Shown here piece by piece: positions 28,416-37,433 of a stretch of DNA of 64,000 nucleotides. Numbering within the stretch: the stretch's first letter is position 1; each line of letters begins with the position of its first letter. The notes beneath the pieces were generated by a model. The model saw only the letters and a list, made by a program, of their open reading frames with translations, did no database searches and was not told where the DNA came from. The stretch spans positions 10,032 to 74,031 of the forward strand of contig DASSGR010000195.1 in assembly GCA_035693425.1 (NCBI GenBank). The letters are read 5' to 3'. Position numbers and translations under genes: made by a program. Origin of the DNA: Solirubrobacteraceae bacterium. Its GTDB lineage: Bacteria > Actinomycetota > Thermoleophilia > Solirubrobacterales > Solirubrobacteraceae.

Positions 28416-29323
28416 CAGGCGACCGAGGCCAGACCCCAGCTGTAGACGTGCCCCGGCGCCGGCTCCCAGGTGACTGCGTCCTCCGCGCCCGGTAGGACTG
28501 CGATTGCGCGATATTCCGAGGCCATCGCCACCCACTCGTCGGTCTCGGCCATCACGGCGGGCTTGCATGCGATCGGATCGCGCAGAACCGCGAACCCGTC
28601 CGCGGTCCCAACCGCAAACGTGTAAAAGCCATCGAGGTCATCGAGGCAGCCTTCGAGCGCCTGCTCGAGCGACGCTCCCTCGCGCAGGCGCCAGGTCAGG
28701 TAGCCCGCCGCGACCTCCGAATCATTGTCTGTCTGAAACCGGATCCCCTCGCGCTGGAGCGTGCGCCGCAACCGGTTGTGGTTGGACAGCGAGCCGTTGT
28801 GGACCAGGCACAGGTCCAGCCCGGTCGAGAACGGATGCGAGTGCTCGGTGGTGACGCGGCTCTCGGTGGCCATCCGGGTGTGACCGAGCGCGTGGCTTCC
28901 CTCGATCTCGGCCAGCTTGAAGGCACTGACGAACTCCCTGGGCGGGCCGGCCTCCTTGAAGATTTCGATCGTCTGTCCCGCGCTCATCAGCGTCAGCTCA
29001 GGATGGTGCTCGGCGAGCCACGCCTGGGCATCGGGGGCCTGCGCGTCGATTACGAACGTGCAGTGGCTCGCGCGGACGCTGGGCAGCGATGCGCCCCCGA
29101 ACTGCCGCTCGAGCTCGGCTCCGAGCATCTCCCAGTTGGGGTCGTGCGAAGCGGAGTGCAGCGACACCTTGCAGCAGCCGATCGGCGCCGGATCCCGGTA
29201 GAACGCCACCCCGGCGCTGTCGGGTCCGCGATCCGACAGCTGCAGGAGCATCTCCGACAGATGCCGGCCAAGCTGCTCTCGCAGTGCCGGTGACTTTGTG
29301 AAAAGCCCAGCTATGCCGCACAT
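28415..29323 (-). CDS. mgsA: Class II (Ntn) glutamine amidotransferase, GlxB / N-methylglutamate synthase subunit A
   Basis: MCGIAG N-terminal Cys, RGPDSAG, GHTRMATES, HNGSLSN, TDNDSEV, RDPIACKP. Confidence 0.87.
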   Translation of the reverse strand: MCGIAGLFTKSPALREQLGRHLSEMLLQLSDRGPDSAGVAFYRDPAPIGCCKVSLHSASHDPNWEMLGAELERQFGGASLPSVRASHCTFVIDAQAPDAQAWLAEHHPELTLMSAGQTIEIFKEAGPPREFVSAFKLAEIEGSHALGHTRMATESRVTTEHSHPFSTGLDLCLVHNGSLSNHNRLRRTLQREGIRFQTDNDSEVAAGYLTWRLREGASLEQALEGCLDDLDGFYTFAVGTADGFAVLRDPIACKPAVMAETDEWVAMASEYRAIAVLPGAEDAVTWEPAPGHVYSWGLASVA

Positions 29324-29377
29324 GCGAGCCACATTAGACAGTTGGGGAAATGGCTCCAATGGCGCACACGCGCACAC
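29324..29377 (-). promoter_or_regulatory. Leaderless-type promoter TTGGAG-N17-TAATGT-N7-ATG with an upstream tandem GTGTGCGC repeat
   Basis: -35 at 29354-29359, -10 at 29331-29336, repeat at 29362-29377; no SD. Confidence 0.55.
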
Positions 29378-29442
29378 TTTCGAGCCCGAATGTGGTCGGT
29401 GGTACTACAGCCTGAGAATCGCCTCGGACCTGAGCGAGCCGC

Positions 29443-31278
29443 TCAATCCGCCGGCGGCGCCCACGCGCCGAGCCGCTTTTGGGCCCGGCGCACCACGTGG
29501 AGCGCCTCCTTCAGATCCGCGCGCGCGATCGGCGGCAGGGCGCCCGGATCGATCAGGTTGTCGGGGGCGCCGCCCTCGGCGATCTGTGCGGCGTGGTGCT
29601 CGAACCGCAGGCGCGTGATCACCGACCAGGCCTCGCTGAGCCCGTCGGCGACGTCACGCTCCAGTCCCCCCACGTTCGCGACAGCCTCGATCCGGTCAAG
29701 CGTCGGCGAGATCGTGACCCCGTGCGCCAGCGCGTGGAAGCGCACCAGGTTGACGAGCGGGATGATCCCTCCGCGCTTGATGTCCAGGCGATCGGGCGGA
29801 TCGCCTTCGCGGCCGGTCGCCAGCTGACCGCGGAACCCCAGCGCCACCGGGTACCCGTTGGCGGTCCTGGCCATCAGGCGCATGAACTGTGGGTGCCGGC
29901 GCGCGTCGCGAATGTAGTCGGTGAGCTCGGAGACGAGCAGCAGGCCGCCCGCCGCTGGCCGGAAGTCGAACGCGACCGATGCGCGGATCAGGTGCGATTC
30001 GTCGGGCTCGGTGAGGCACTCGGCGAACGTGCGTAACCAGGCGCCCTTGGACATGCGCCACAGCCGCTTGCCGGCGAGTACGCCGTTGTTGTCGACGCCG
30101 ATTCCGCTCCTGGCCAGGCCGTCGTTGACGTCGGATCCGAGCCGCTCGAAGTAGGCGTCGACCGCCTCTTCCTCGCCGGGCTCGGGGTTGGCGTATGCGA
30201 GCGCGTTGTCCTGGTCGGATGCCAGCGTGAACTCGCGCCGCGCGGCGCTGCCCAGATCAAGCCAGGCCCAGGCGAGCGGGGCGGGTCCCTCGCGCCAGAT
30301 CGAGAAGTCGACCAGCCGCGCGACGATCGTGTCGTGCTGAAGGCTCAGCACCCGCCCGAGCTCGCGCGCGGGCACGCCGGCCCGCACCAGCAGCAGGAAC
30401 AGCCTGGGCAGCTCTTGCGTCGCGCGCACGAGCGCGTCCTCGTCGGCGGCCCCCAGGATCATGTGCCGCAGCGCGATCGGACTGCGCGCGTCGAGCCCCA
30501 GGAGGTCGCTCGCCGACACGATGCCGCAGACCCCGCTCGCATCGGTCACCGCCAGGTGCTCGGCGCCGGCCGCGACCATGTCGACGGCCGCCTCCACGGC
30601 GAGCTGCGCGACCGGGACGGTCGGGACGGGAGTGCGCGCGATCTCTCGGACCGGCGCGTCCAGGGCGACGTCGCCGCTTGTCACCGAGGCGCGCACGTCG
30701 GCGTCGGTGAGGATGCCGAGCCGATCGTCGTCGAGCCGGACGAGCAGGGCCGAGGTTGAGTCCTGGCCGAGGCGGCCGGCGGCCTGGCGCAGCGGCTCAT
30801 CGGCGTCGCAGAAGGTCGCCGCCCGCATGATCGCCGACACCGGCGTGGTCCCGACGTCGCGCAGCGCATGCACCGTGTGGCCGGCGCCGGTCAGCCGCTT
30901 TCGCATCGACGCCGCCACGTAGGTCGCGCCGGCGACCGTTCCCAGCAGCCGCCGCGACGCGTCAGCCGAGAACAGCAGGCATCGCGAGGGCTCCCGCGCG
31001 CGTACCGTGAACGCGGGCGCCATCCCCGTCAGCAGCGACGGATGCCCGAAGCATTCGCCCGGTTCGAGCACCTGGATGACCTCGCCCTCGTGAACGATGT
31101 CCATCGAGCCGTCGAGGATCACCCACAGTCCCAGCGCGGGAGCCCCGTCCTCGACCAGGGCGATATCGCCCGTATCGAAGGCGTGCTCCTGGGCCCCCTC
31201 GAGCGCCGCGCGGACGTCCTCCGGATCGATCCCATCGAACGGCGGGTGGCGCGCCAGGAGTGTGTAAAAGTTCTCCAT
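29443..31278 (-). CDS. cNMP-binding + CBS pair + DUF294/DUF294_C putative nucleotidyltransferase (catalytic motif intact)
   Basis: GECFGHPSLL (cNMP-like), CBS LGILTDADVR, LGSAARREFTLASDQDNAL, VAFDFR, LDIKRGGIIPLV. Confidence 0.88.
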   Translation of the reverse strand: MENFYTLLARHPPFDGIDPEDVRAALEGAQEHAFDTGDIALVEDGAPALGLWVILDGSMDIVHEGEVIQVLEPGECFGHPSLLTGMAPAFTVRAREPSRCLLFSADASRRLLGTVAGATYVAASMRKRLTGAGHTVHALRDVGTTPVSAIMRAATFCDADEPLRQAAGRLGQDSTSALLVRLDDDRLGILTDADVRASVTSGDVALDAPVREIARTPVPTVPVAQLAVEAAVDMVAAGAEHLAVTDASGVCGIVSASDLLGLDARSPIALRHMILGAADEDALVRATQELPRLFLLLVRAGVPARELGRVLSLQHDTIVARLVDFSIWREGPAPLAWAWLDLGSAARREFTLASDQDNALAYANPEPGEEEAVDAYFERLGSDVNDGLARSGIGVDNNGVLAGKRLWRMSKGAWLRTFAECLTEPDESHLIRASVAFDFRPAAGGLLLVSELTDYIRDARRHPQFMRLMARTANGYPVALGFRGQLATGREGDPPDRLDIKRGGIIPLVNLVRFHALAHGVTISPTLDRIEAVANVGGLERDVADGLSEAWSVITRLRFEHHAAQIAEGGAPDNLIDPGALPPIARADLKEALHVVRRAQKRLGAWAPPAD

Positions 31279-31372
31279 GTCGGAGGCCGCAATTGTGTTC
31301 GCATCGCGTCTGTGACGCGCTCCGGCGACATGCGAGCCTAGTGCTCCTCAGCACAACGTACCTGGAGGGAGC

Positions 31373-32956
31373 ATGGCCGACACTCCTGGCCCGCAGTACG
31401 ACGACGAGCTCGTCTACGAGTCCGCTGGGCTACCCAAGACCACCAACTGGTGGGGCGCATTCGTAATCGGCCTCGCGGGGACAATCCTCGTCACCGGAAT
31501 CGCGCCGGTGATGGTCACCGAGCTGGGGGCTGCATCCGTACCCGTGATCGTCGTGATCACGATCAGCGGCTACATCGTGTGCCTGTTGCTGGCCGAGCTG
31601 TCGGCGATGATGCCCGACCGCTCCGGCGGGCTGCCCGCCTACGCCTATCCGGCCTACAAGGACAAATGGCCGCGGTTTGCCGAACACGTCAACGGGTTCT
31701 CGGCATGGGCCTACTGGCTGGGATGGTTCCCGGTCGCCCCGCTGAACATGATCCTGGCGTCGTTCTACATCGTCGACCGCTTCAAGCTCAACGCCACCGC
31801 CGGAATCACGCCGATCCACACCTTCATCGCTTGGTGGACGCTGGGCATCGCGATTGTCGGCATCCTGCTCCTCGCGATTCCCGCGGTGAGGGGGCTGCGG
31901 TTCGGGACGGCTTTCGCCACAACGCTCGCGCTGCTGTCGATGATCCCGCTGACGTTCCTGGCGATCGCCTGGATCTTCCACCCGTCAGTCGTGGACTTCG
32001 GCCAGCTGTGGCACTTCCGCCACACCGACGGCAGCGGGTTCTTCACCTCGCTCTTCGGTCACAACTGGCTGACCTTGTACATAGCCTTCTCGTTCCTGTT
32101 GACGTGGAACGTGATCGCGATGGAGGCCGCCGCCTGCTACATCGGCGAGACCAAGAACCCCGACCGCGACGCGAAGATCGCGATGAACCTCGAAGGCCTG
32201 TACGGCCTATTCATCTACACGATGATCCCCGTCGCGTTCATCATCGTGCTCGGCCTTTCTGCACTGGGCAACCCCGCGCTCGTCGATCCCCAGACGATCT
32301 TCGTCCATTACGCCGCGGACGTGTTCGGGGCCGGGACCGGAAGCAACATCCTCGAGTGGCTGATCGCGATCATGCTGATCCTGGCCTTGATCCTGTCGGC
32401 GCTGAACGCGATCACCGGGACGGCTCGCTCGCTTCACCAGATGTCGACCGACGGGCAGTTCCCGCGCTTCTTCCAGCGGGTCAACAATCATGGCGTGCCG
32501 AACCGGGCGATGTGGTTCAACGTGGTTTGCTCGATCCTTGTGGTGTTCATGGGCGGCGCCGTCGAGATCTACACGTTCTCGAACGTCGGCTACCTGGCTG
32601 CCTTCATCCCGGTGCTGGTCGGCTACTACCTGCTGCGAAAGCACCGTCCGAACGTCCGGCGGCCGTTCAGGCTGCCCGAGTGGATGAAGTACGTGGCGCT
32701 GGCGATCGCGGGTGTCTACGCGATCATCTACTTCTACGGCGGGCCGACGTACGCCTCATGTACATGTAACGCGGCCGGTCGCAAGACGTTGCCCTACTAC
32801 TTCATCGGCTGGGTGGTGCTCCTGTCCTACCTGGGCTTCTACTGGTATCGCAAGCGGGTGGAGGACAAGCGCGCCGCTCCGGTCGAGGCTGCCGCAGCCG
32901 GTACGGCCGGAGCGGGGACAATCACGGCGAGCACGGCCGAGGGCGCCAGTCCGTGA
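31373..32956 (+). CDS. APC family amino acid/amine permease
   Basis: About 12 TM; AELSAMMPDRSGG, YIGETKNPDRD, RPFRLP; SD GGAGG. Confidence 0.9.
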   Translation: MADTPGPQYDDELVYESAGLPKTTNWWGAFVIGLAGTILVTGIAPVMVTELGAASVPVIVVITISGYIVCLLLAELSAMMPDRSGGLPAYAYPAYKDKWPRFAEHVNGFSAWAYWLGWFPVAPLNMILASFYIVDRFKLNATAGITPIHTFIAWWTLGIAIVGILLLAIPAVRGLRFGTAFATTLALLSMIPLTFLAIAWIFHPSVVDFGQLWHFRHTDGSGFFTSLFGHNWLTLYIAFSFLLTWNVIAMEAAACYIGETKNPDRDAKIAMNLEGLYGLFIYTMIPVAFIIVLGLSALGNPALVDPQTIFVHYAADVFGAGTGSNILEWLIAIMLILALILSALNAITGTARSLHQMSTDGQFPRFFQRVNNHGVPNRAMWFNVVCSILVVFMGGAVEIYTFSNVGYLAAFIPVLVGYYLLRKHRPNVRRPFRLPEWMKYVALAIAGVYAIIYFYGGPTYASCTCNAAGRKTLPYYFIGWVVLLSYLGFYWYRKRVEDKRAAPVEAAAAGTAGAGTITASTAEGASP

Positions 32957-33447
32957 CGGTGACAGCCGCGGCGGTGCGCAACCCGCAGCCGGAGGCAACC
33001 CAGCGGTTCGAGCGGATCCTGCTCGCGTCCGAGGGACGCCAGATCCCGGCCGCGGCGATCTCGAAGGTGATCGAGCTCGCCGCCCCCGGAGCGTTCGTGC
33101 ACGTGTTCACGATTGCGCGCGTGCACGGCGTGGCTTTCGGGCTCCCGAGCCCCGGACTGCTGCCGACCAAGCAGGAGTGGGCCGAGCAGCGCGACATCGT
33201 CGCCCAGGCGATCCGGCGGCTGCGCCGCAAGGGCCTGCAGGCCGACGGCCACGTTCTCGGAACCCGCAACGCCTTCAAGAAGATCATCAAGGAAGCCGCC
33301 GAGCATGACTGCCAGGCGATCGTGATGTCAGCCGACCCCGACCGCAACCGCGTGGTCGGGAACCTGCTCTGGACCCAGGAGCCCCAGCGGGTGCGCCGGC
33401 GCGCGAAGCTGCCTGTGTTCCTGGTGCTGGAGGACGACCAGTTGTAA
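32953..33447 (+). CDS. Universal stress protein (USP) family
   Basis: RILLASEG, II.EA.EHDCQAIVM, LPVFLV; GTGA overlap with the permease. Confidence 0.8.
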   Translation: MTVTAAAVRNPQPEATQRFERILLASEGRQIPAAAISKVIELAAPGAFVHVFTIARVHGVAFGLPSPGLLPTKQEWAEQRDIVAQAIRRLRRKGLQADGHVLGTRNAFKKIIKEAAEHDCQAIVMSADPDRNRVVGNLLWTQEPQRVRRRAKLPVFLVLEDDQL

Positions 33448-33479
33448 GTGCCTGCGCCGCTGCCGCTCGGCGCGTGCAC

Positions 33480-35261
33480 TCAAGGCCGGCCGTGCAGCCG
33501 CGCCAGCTTGATCGCGAGCTCGAGCGACAGCAGGTCGTCCTCGTCGAGGCGCAGGCCGGTCAGCTCCTCGATCCTGCCCAGCCGCTGTCGCAGGGTGTTG
33601 GGGTGGATGAACAGGGCACGCGCACTTTCGATCACGCTGCGGCGCTCGGCCAGGTAGCGCTCAAGCGTGTCGAGCAGGGCGGTGCGTCGCTTGCGGTCGT
33701 AGTCGATCAGCCTGTCGACCGCCGCCCGCATCCGGTCATAGGGCGCGTCCTCGGCGGCGATGTGGACGAGGTATCGGTAGGCGCCAACCTGTGAGTAGGC
33801 GATCGCGCCGCCCTGCCCCAGCAGCGCCCGGCCGATCGTCGCCGCGTCTACAGCCTCGCGGTACGCGCGCGAGGCGTTGGCCGGGCCTTCGTGAACGTCG
33901 CTGATGCCGATCGCGGCGTTGCCGCCCTCGCCGAGCTCGCGGCACTCGCGCATCAGCTCCTCGATCCTCTGCACCTGGCGCGCGCGCAGCGCGAGCACGG
34001 CTCGGACCGGACCGGGACCGGCGTCGATCGCGTTGTCGGGGGTGAGACCCGCCAGCTCGCGACCCAGCACTTCGGCCGCAGCGCGCCACTCACCCGACCC
34101 CTGCTCCTGGGCCGCCGCAGGCTCGGCGTACACCATCAGGTACGGCCCGTCGAGGTCGCAGCGCACCTCGGCGGCCTTGGCGGCCGCGAACGTGGTCGCG
34201 CCCGCCGCAAGCGCCTCGAACAGGTCCTTGACGATGTTCGCGTTGGTGAGGCCCTCGATCAGCTCAGCGCGCTTGAACGCGATCGCGGTCAGGTGAGCGA
34301 TCGCGCGCACCAACTCGGTGTCCTCGTCGGTGAACGGACGCGCGGCCGGGGCTCCCGCGCACAGCAGGCCGACTCGCTCGCCGCCCGCCGTCAACGGAGC
34401 GACCAGCAGGTCGGCCACATCTAGCTCTGGCCACAGCGTTCGCGCGGGAGGACGCTCGCCGCCGCCGTCGATCGCCGCGAGCAACAGGCCTGTTGCCGAC
34501 ATCGCCGGCCCGGGCAACTCCGTCTCCGGGTCGCGAGCTACCGGCGCCAGCGTCGCGGCCGCCGAGTCCACTCGGTAGAGCTGGCACACGGCGGCTCCCA
34601 GCAGGAGCCGGGTCCCGGCCACCACGACCTGTCCCAGGTCGGTTGCGTTCGTCGCCGCCGAGACCTCCCGCGCCAGTCCCGAAAGCCGCGTGAGACTGTC
34701 GACGCGACGGCGCTGCTGGTCGTACAGCTGTGCGTTCTCGATCGCGCCGCTGACCAGCGACGCGATGTGCACCAGCAGCTTCAGCGTGTCCTCGGTGAAT
34801 TCGTGCGGCGCCTTGGTGTGGAGCACGATCACCCCGATCGTGTCGCCCGCGCGCGCGAGGATCGGGACCGCCACCATCGATTGGAAGCGCTCCTCCTCGA
34901 GCTCGGGGATGTACTTCATGCGCGGGTCGTCCATCGCCTTGTCGCGGATGAACTCCGGGGTTCGGTGGCGCGCGACCCATCCGGTCAGTCCCTCGTCCAG
35001 CCCCATCTGCACCGTGCCGACGGCGTCGGCGAACACCGGAGACGCCGCCCGGACCGTGAGGCGGTCGCCCTCGAGCAGATAGATGAAGCAGGCGTGGCAA
35101 CCCGTCGCCTCGGTCGCCAGGTCGACGACGCCCTGGAGCATCGGCAGCAGCTCGAGCGACGACGAGACCAGCCTGATCACGCCGTAGAGCGTTTGATTTT
35201 CCTCCCGCAGCGCTCGCAGCTCCGAGCTACGAGGCGCCGCCGGTCCAGCGCTCACTGACAC
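33480..35261 (-). CDS. GAF-GAF-PucR/CdaR family transcriptional regulator
   Basis: GLTGWVARHR, SMVAVPI, C-terminal LLDTLERYL...ARALFIHPNTLRQRLGRIEELTG; GTG 35261 with AGGAGG. Confidence 0.88.
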   Translation of the reverse strand: MSVSAGPAAPRSSELRALREENQTLYGVIRLVSSSLELLPMLQGVVDLATEATGCHACFIYLLEGDRLTVRAASPVFADAVGTVQMGLDEGLTGWVARHRTPEFIRDKAMDDPRMKYIPELEEERFQSMVAVPILARAGDTIGVIVLHTKAPHEFTEDTLKLLVHIASLVSGAIENAQLYDQQRRRVDSLTRLSGLAREVSAATNATDLGQVVVAGTRLLLGAAVCQLYRVDSAAATLAPVARDPETELPGPAMSATGLLLAAIDGGGERPPARTLWPELDVADLLVAPLTAGGERVGLLCAGAPAARPFTDEDTELVRAIAHLTAIAFKRAELIEGLTNANIVKDLFEALAAGATTFAAAKAAEVRCDLDGPYLMVYAEPAAAQEQGSGEWRAAAEVLGRELAGLTPDNAIDAGPGPVRAVLALRARQVQRIEELMRECRELGEGGNAAIGISDVHEGPANASRAYREAVDAATIGRALLGQGGAIAYSQVGAYRYLVHIAAEDAPYDRMRAAVDRLIDYDRKRRTALLDTLERYLAERRSVIESARALFIHPNTLRQRLGRIEELTGLRLDEDDLLSLELAIKLARLHGRP

Positions 35262-35273
35262 CCGGCACCTCCT

Positions 35274-35357
35274 ATGTGCGCAACGCACATGCTAATGGCC
35301 CTCAAGGGGTGGCGACGGCCATTGGCAGGCCCTACCCATACCTATATACATGGCGCC
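35274..35357 (+). promoter_or_regulatory. Divergent control region: ATGTGCG-N3-CGCACAT and AATGGCC-N16-GGCCATT palindromes plus TTGGCA-N17-TATACA-N7-ATG
   Basis: Palindromes at 35274-35290 and 35294-35323; promoter geometry identical to that of mgsA. Confidence 0.55.
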
Positions 35358-36746
35358 ATGGCAACCACAGAGCAGGCGCAAACCACGCCCGAAAGTGCCG
35401 CCGACGAGGTTCGCCGCGTCGTCAGCGAGCAGGGCATCCAGTTCCTCTTCGCACAGTTCGTCGACATGCACGGCAAGCCGAGCGCCAAGCTCGTGCCCGC
35501 CCATCACATCGACGACCTGCTGACCGACGGAGCCGGGTTCGCCGGCTTTGCCGCCGGCGACATCGGCCAGGGGCCGCACGACCCCGACATGATCGCGATC
35601 CCCGACCCCCGCAGCCTGACGATCCTGCCGTGGAAACCCAGCGTGGCGCGGTTCGCGTGCGACGTCACGGTCGAGGGCGAGCCGTGGCCGTTCTGCCCGC
35701 GTACGATCCTGCGCAACGCGCTTGCCCGCGCCAAGGAGCTCGGCTTCGAGCCCCGGATCGGCGCGGAGCTCGAGTACTTCCTGCTGCGCCGGACCGAGGA
35801 CGGCGGGATCGAGCCCGCTGACCCACTCGACACGCTCGACCTCCCCTGCTACGACATGCGCGCGCTCACGCGCAACCTCGACTTCGTCTCGCTGGTGTCG
35901 CAGTCCGTCACGTCGATGGGGTGGGACAACTACGCGACCGACCACGAGGACGCCAACGGGCAGTTCGAGCAGAACTTCCAGTTCGACGACGCGCTGACGA
36001 CCTGTGACCGGGCGATCTTCTTCCGCTACATGGTCGAGTCGCTGGCGCAGGAACGCGGCCTGCTCGCGACGTTCATGCCGAAGCCGTTTGCGAACCTAAC
36101 CGGCAACGGTTGCCACTTCCACTTCAGCCTGTGGCGCGACGGCGAGAACCTGTTCGATTGCGACCCCGCTGACGACCCGCGCAGGCTGGGGCTGTCGCCG
36201 CTGGCGTACAACTTCATCGGAGGGCTCAAGGCCCACGCGAAGGCGTACATCGCGGTGACCGCGCCGACGGTCAACTCCTACAAGCGCCTGGTGGTGGGCG
36301 CACCGAACAGCGGCGCGACGTGGGCGCCCGCCTACATCAGCTACGGCTACAACAACCGCACGCAGATGCTCCGGATCCCCGACGCTGGGCGGATCGAGGA
36401 CCGCACGGTCGACGGCTCATGCAATCCGTACCTGGCGGCGACGGCGATGCTCGCCGCGGGCCTCGACGGGATCGAGCGCGAGCTCGACGCAGGCGAGCCC
36501 AACTCCGCCAACCTGTACGAGCTCTCTGCCGAGGAGCGAGAGGCGGCGGGCATCGACCTGCTGCCGGCGAACCTGCTCGACGCCACCCGCGAGCTCGAGA
36601 AGGACGACGTGTTGCGCAAGGCGCTGGGCAAGACGCGGGACGGCGACTACGTCGACTACTTCATCAAGGTCAAGCGCGGCGAGTGGCAGGCGGCGCACGA
36701 GCAGATCACGCAGTGGGAGCTCGACCGCTACCTGTCGCTGTTCTAA
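35358..36746 (+). CDS. gmaS: Type III glutamine synthetase-like protein, GlnT / gamma-glutamylmethylamide synthetase
   Basis: AKLVP...GAGFAGFA (GlnT signature), DHEDANGQFE, TFMPKPF...GNGCHFH, YNNRTQMLRIP, IEDR..DGSCNPYL; neighbours glxBCD. Confidence 0.82.
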   Translation: MATTEQAQTTPESAADEVRRVVSEQGIQFLFAQFVDMHGKPSAKLVPAHHIDDLLTDGAGFAGFAAGDIGQGPHDPDMIAIPDPRSLTILPWKPSVARFACDVTVEGEPWPFCPRTILRNALARAKELGFEPRIGAELEYFLLRRTEDGGIEPADPLDTLDLPCYDMRALTRNLDFVSLVSQSVTSMGWDNYATDHEDANGQFEQNFQFDDALTTCDRAIFFRYMVESLAQERGLLATFMPKPFANLTGNGCHFHFSLWRDGENLFDCDPADDPRRLGLSPLAYNFIGGLKAHAKAYIAVTAPTVNSYKRLVVGAPNSGATWAPAYISYGYNNRTQMLRIPDAGRIEDRTVDGSCNPYLAATAMLAAGLDGIERELDAGEPNSANLYELSAEEREAAGIDLLPANLLDATRELEKDDVLRKALGKTRDGDYVDYFIKVKRGEWQAAHEQITQWELDRYLSLF

Positions 36747-36752
36747 CGATTT

Positions 36753-37433
36753 CTAGGTAACGCCGAAGCGACGCGCGCTGGCCAGCCAGCTGTCCGCTCG
36801 CAGCAGCGAGCCGACGGTCTGCGGCTGCGTCGCGTTGAGGCGACTGGCCAGGGCGATGAACGCCTGCGCCGTGCAGAGCGCGTCGGCGAGTGCGTGGTGC
36901 GGCGCCTCGCCCGACTGACCGAGGAGTTTGAGCAACGTGGCGAGCGACAGCCGGGGCGGGGCGATCCCGTCGCGCCACTGCAGGAACAGCCGACCGAGAA
37001 TCTCGGTATCGACCGCGGCCGGGAGCCGCACCCGCAGTTGCGAGAACAGCGGCGCCAGGAACGTCCGCTCCACCGCTGCGGTGTGAAACACCGGGACGCG
37101 GCCGCTCAGCATCTCGAGCAACAGCTCGACGGCTTGCTCGAGCGGCGGCGCGTCGGCGAGGTCGACGACTCGCAGCTTGTGCATCAGCACGGCGTCGTGC
37201 TCGGATCGCCGTGCCGTTCGCACCAGCGTGTAGCGGCTGTCGCCGAGGATCAGGCGCCCGTCCTCGATCGGCACCGCGCCGATCGCGATGATCTCGTCCT
37301 TGGCGGGGTCCAGCCCGGTCAGCTCGAGGTCGATCGCGCACCAGCTCGCCTGTCGCCACGGCGTCTTGGAGTCTGGCCGGCCGACCGTCGCAAACGCCGC
37401 CGCGGCCTCGGAGCGAGGCGCGCGCAGCCTCAC
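36753..37433 (-). CDS. DEDDh 3'-5' exonuclease family protein (DnaQ-like, DUF294-associated type)
   Basis: AIDLELTGLDP (ExoI), VFHTAAVE (degenerate ExoII), HHALADA (ExoIII); GTGA overlap with the upstream gene. Confidence 0.87.
   Translation of the reverse strand: MRLRAPRSEAAAAFATVGRPDSKTPWRQASWCAIDLELTGLDPAKDEIIAIGAVPIEDGRLILGDSRYTLVRTARRSEHDAVLMHKLRVVDLADAPPLEQAVELLLEMLSGRVPVFHTAAVERTFLAPLFSQLRVRLPAAVDTEILGRLFLQWRDGIAPPRLSLATLLKLLGQSGEAPHHALADALCTAQAFIALASRLNATQPQTVGSLLRADSWLASARRFGVT

Noticed and set aside
26359-29323. glxBCD as a split conventional glutamate synthase (GOGAT)
   Set aside because: No gltD, no [3Fe-4S] cysteines, GlxD-type motifs and an adjacent GlnT favour the Mgs-type assignment.
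29320-31338. Exact 11-mer ACATGCGAGCC at 29320-29330 and 31328-31338, either side of the first DUF294 gene
   Set aside because: One copy overlaps the mgsA start codon, there is no shared position relative to promoters, and I cannot distinguish it from chance. Too short to call an insertion duplication.
36753-37433. Exonuclease as DNA polymerase III epsilon (dnaQ)
   Set aside because: Degenerate ExoII, no replication context, and coupling to DUF294 fit the DUF294-associated exonuclease type better.
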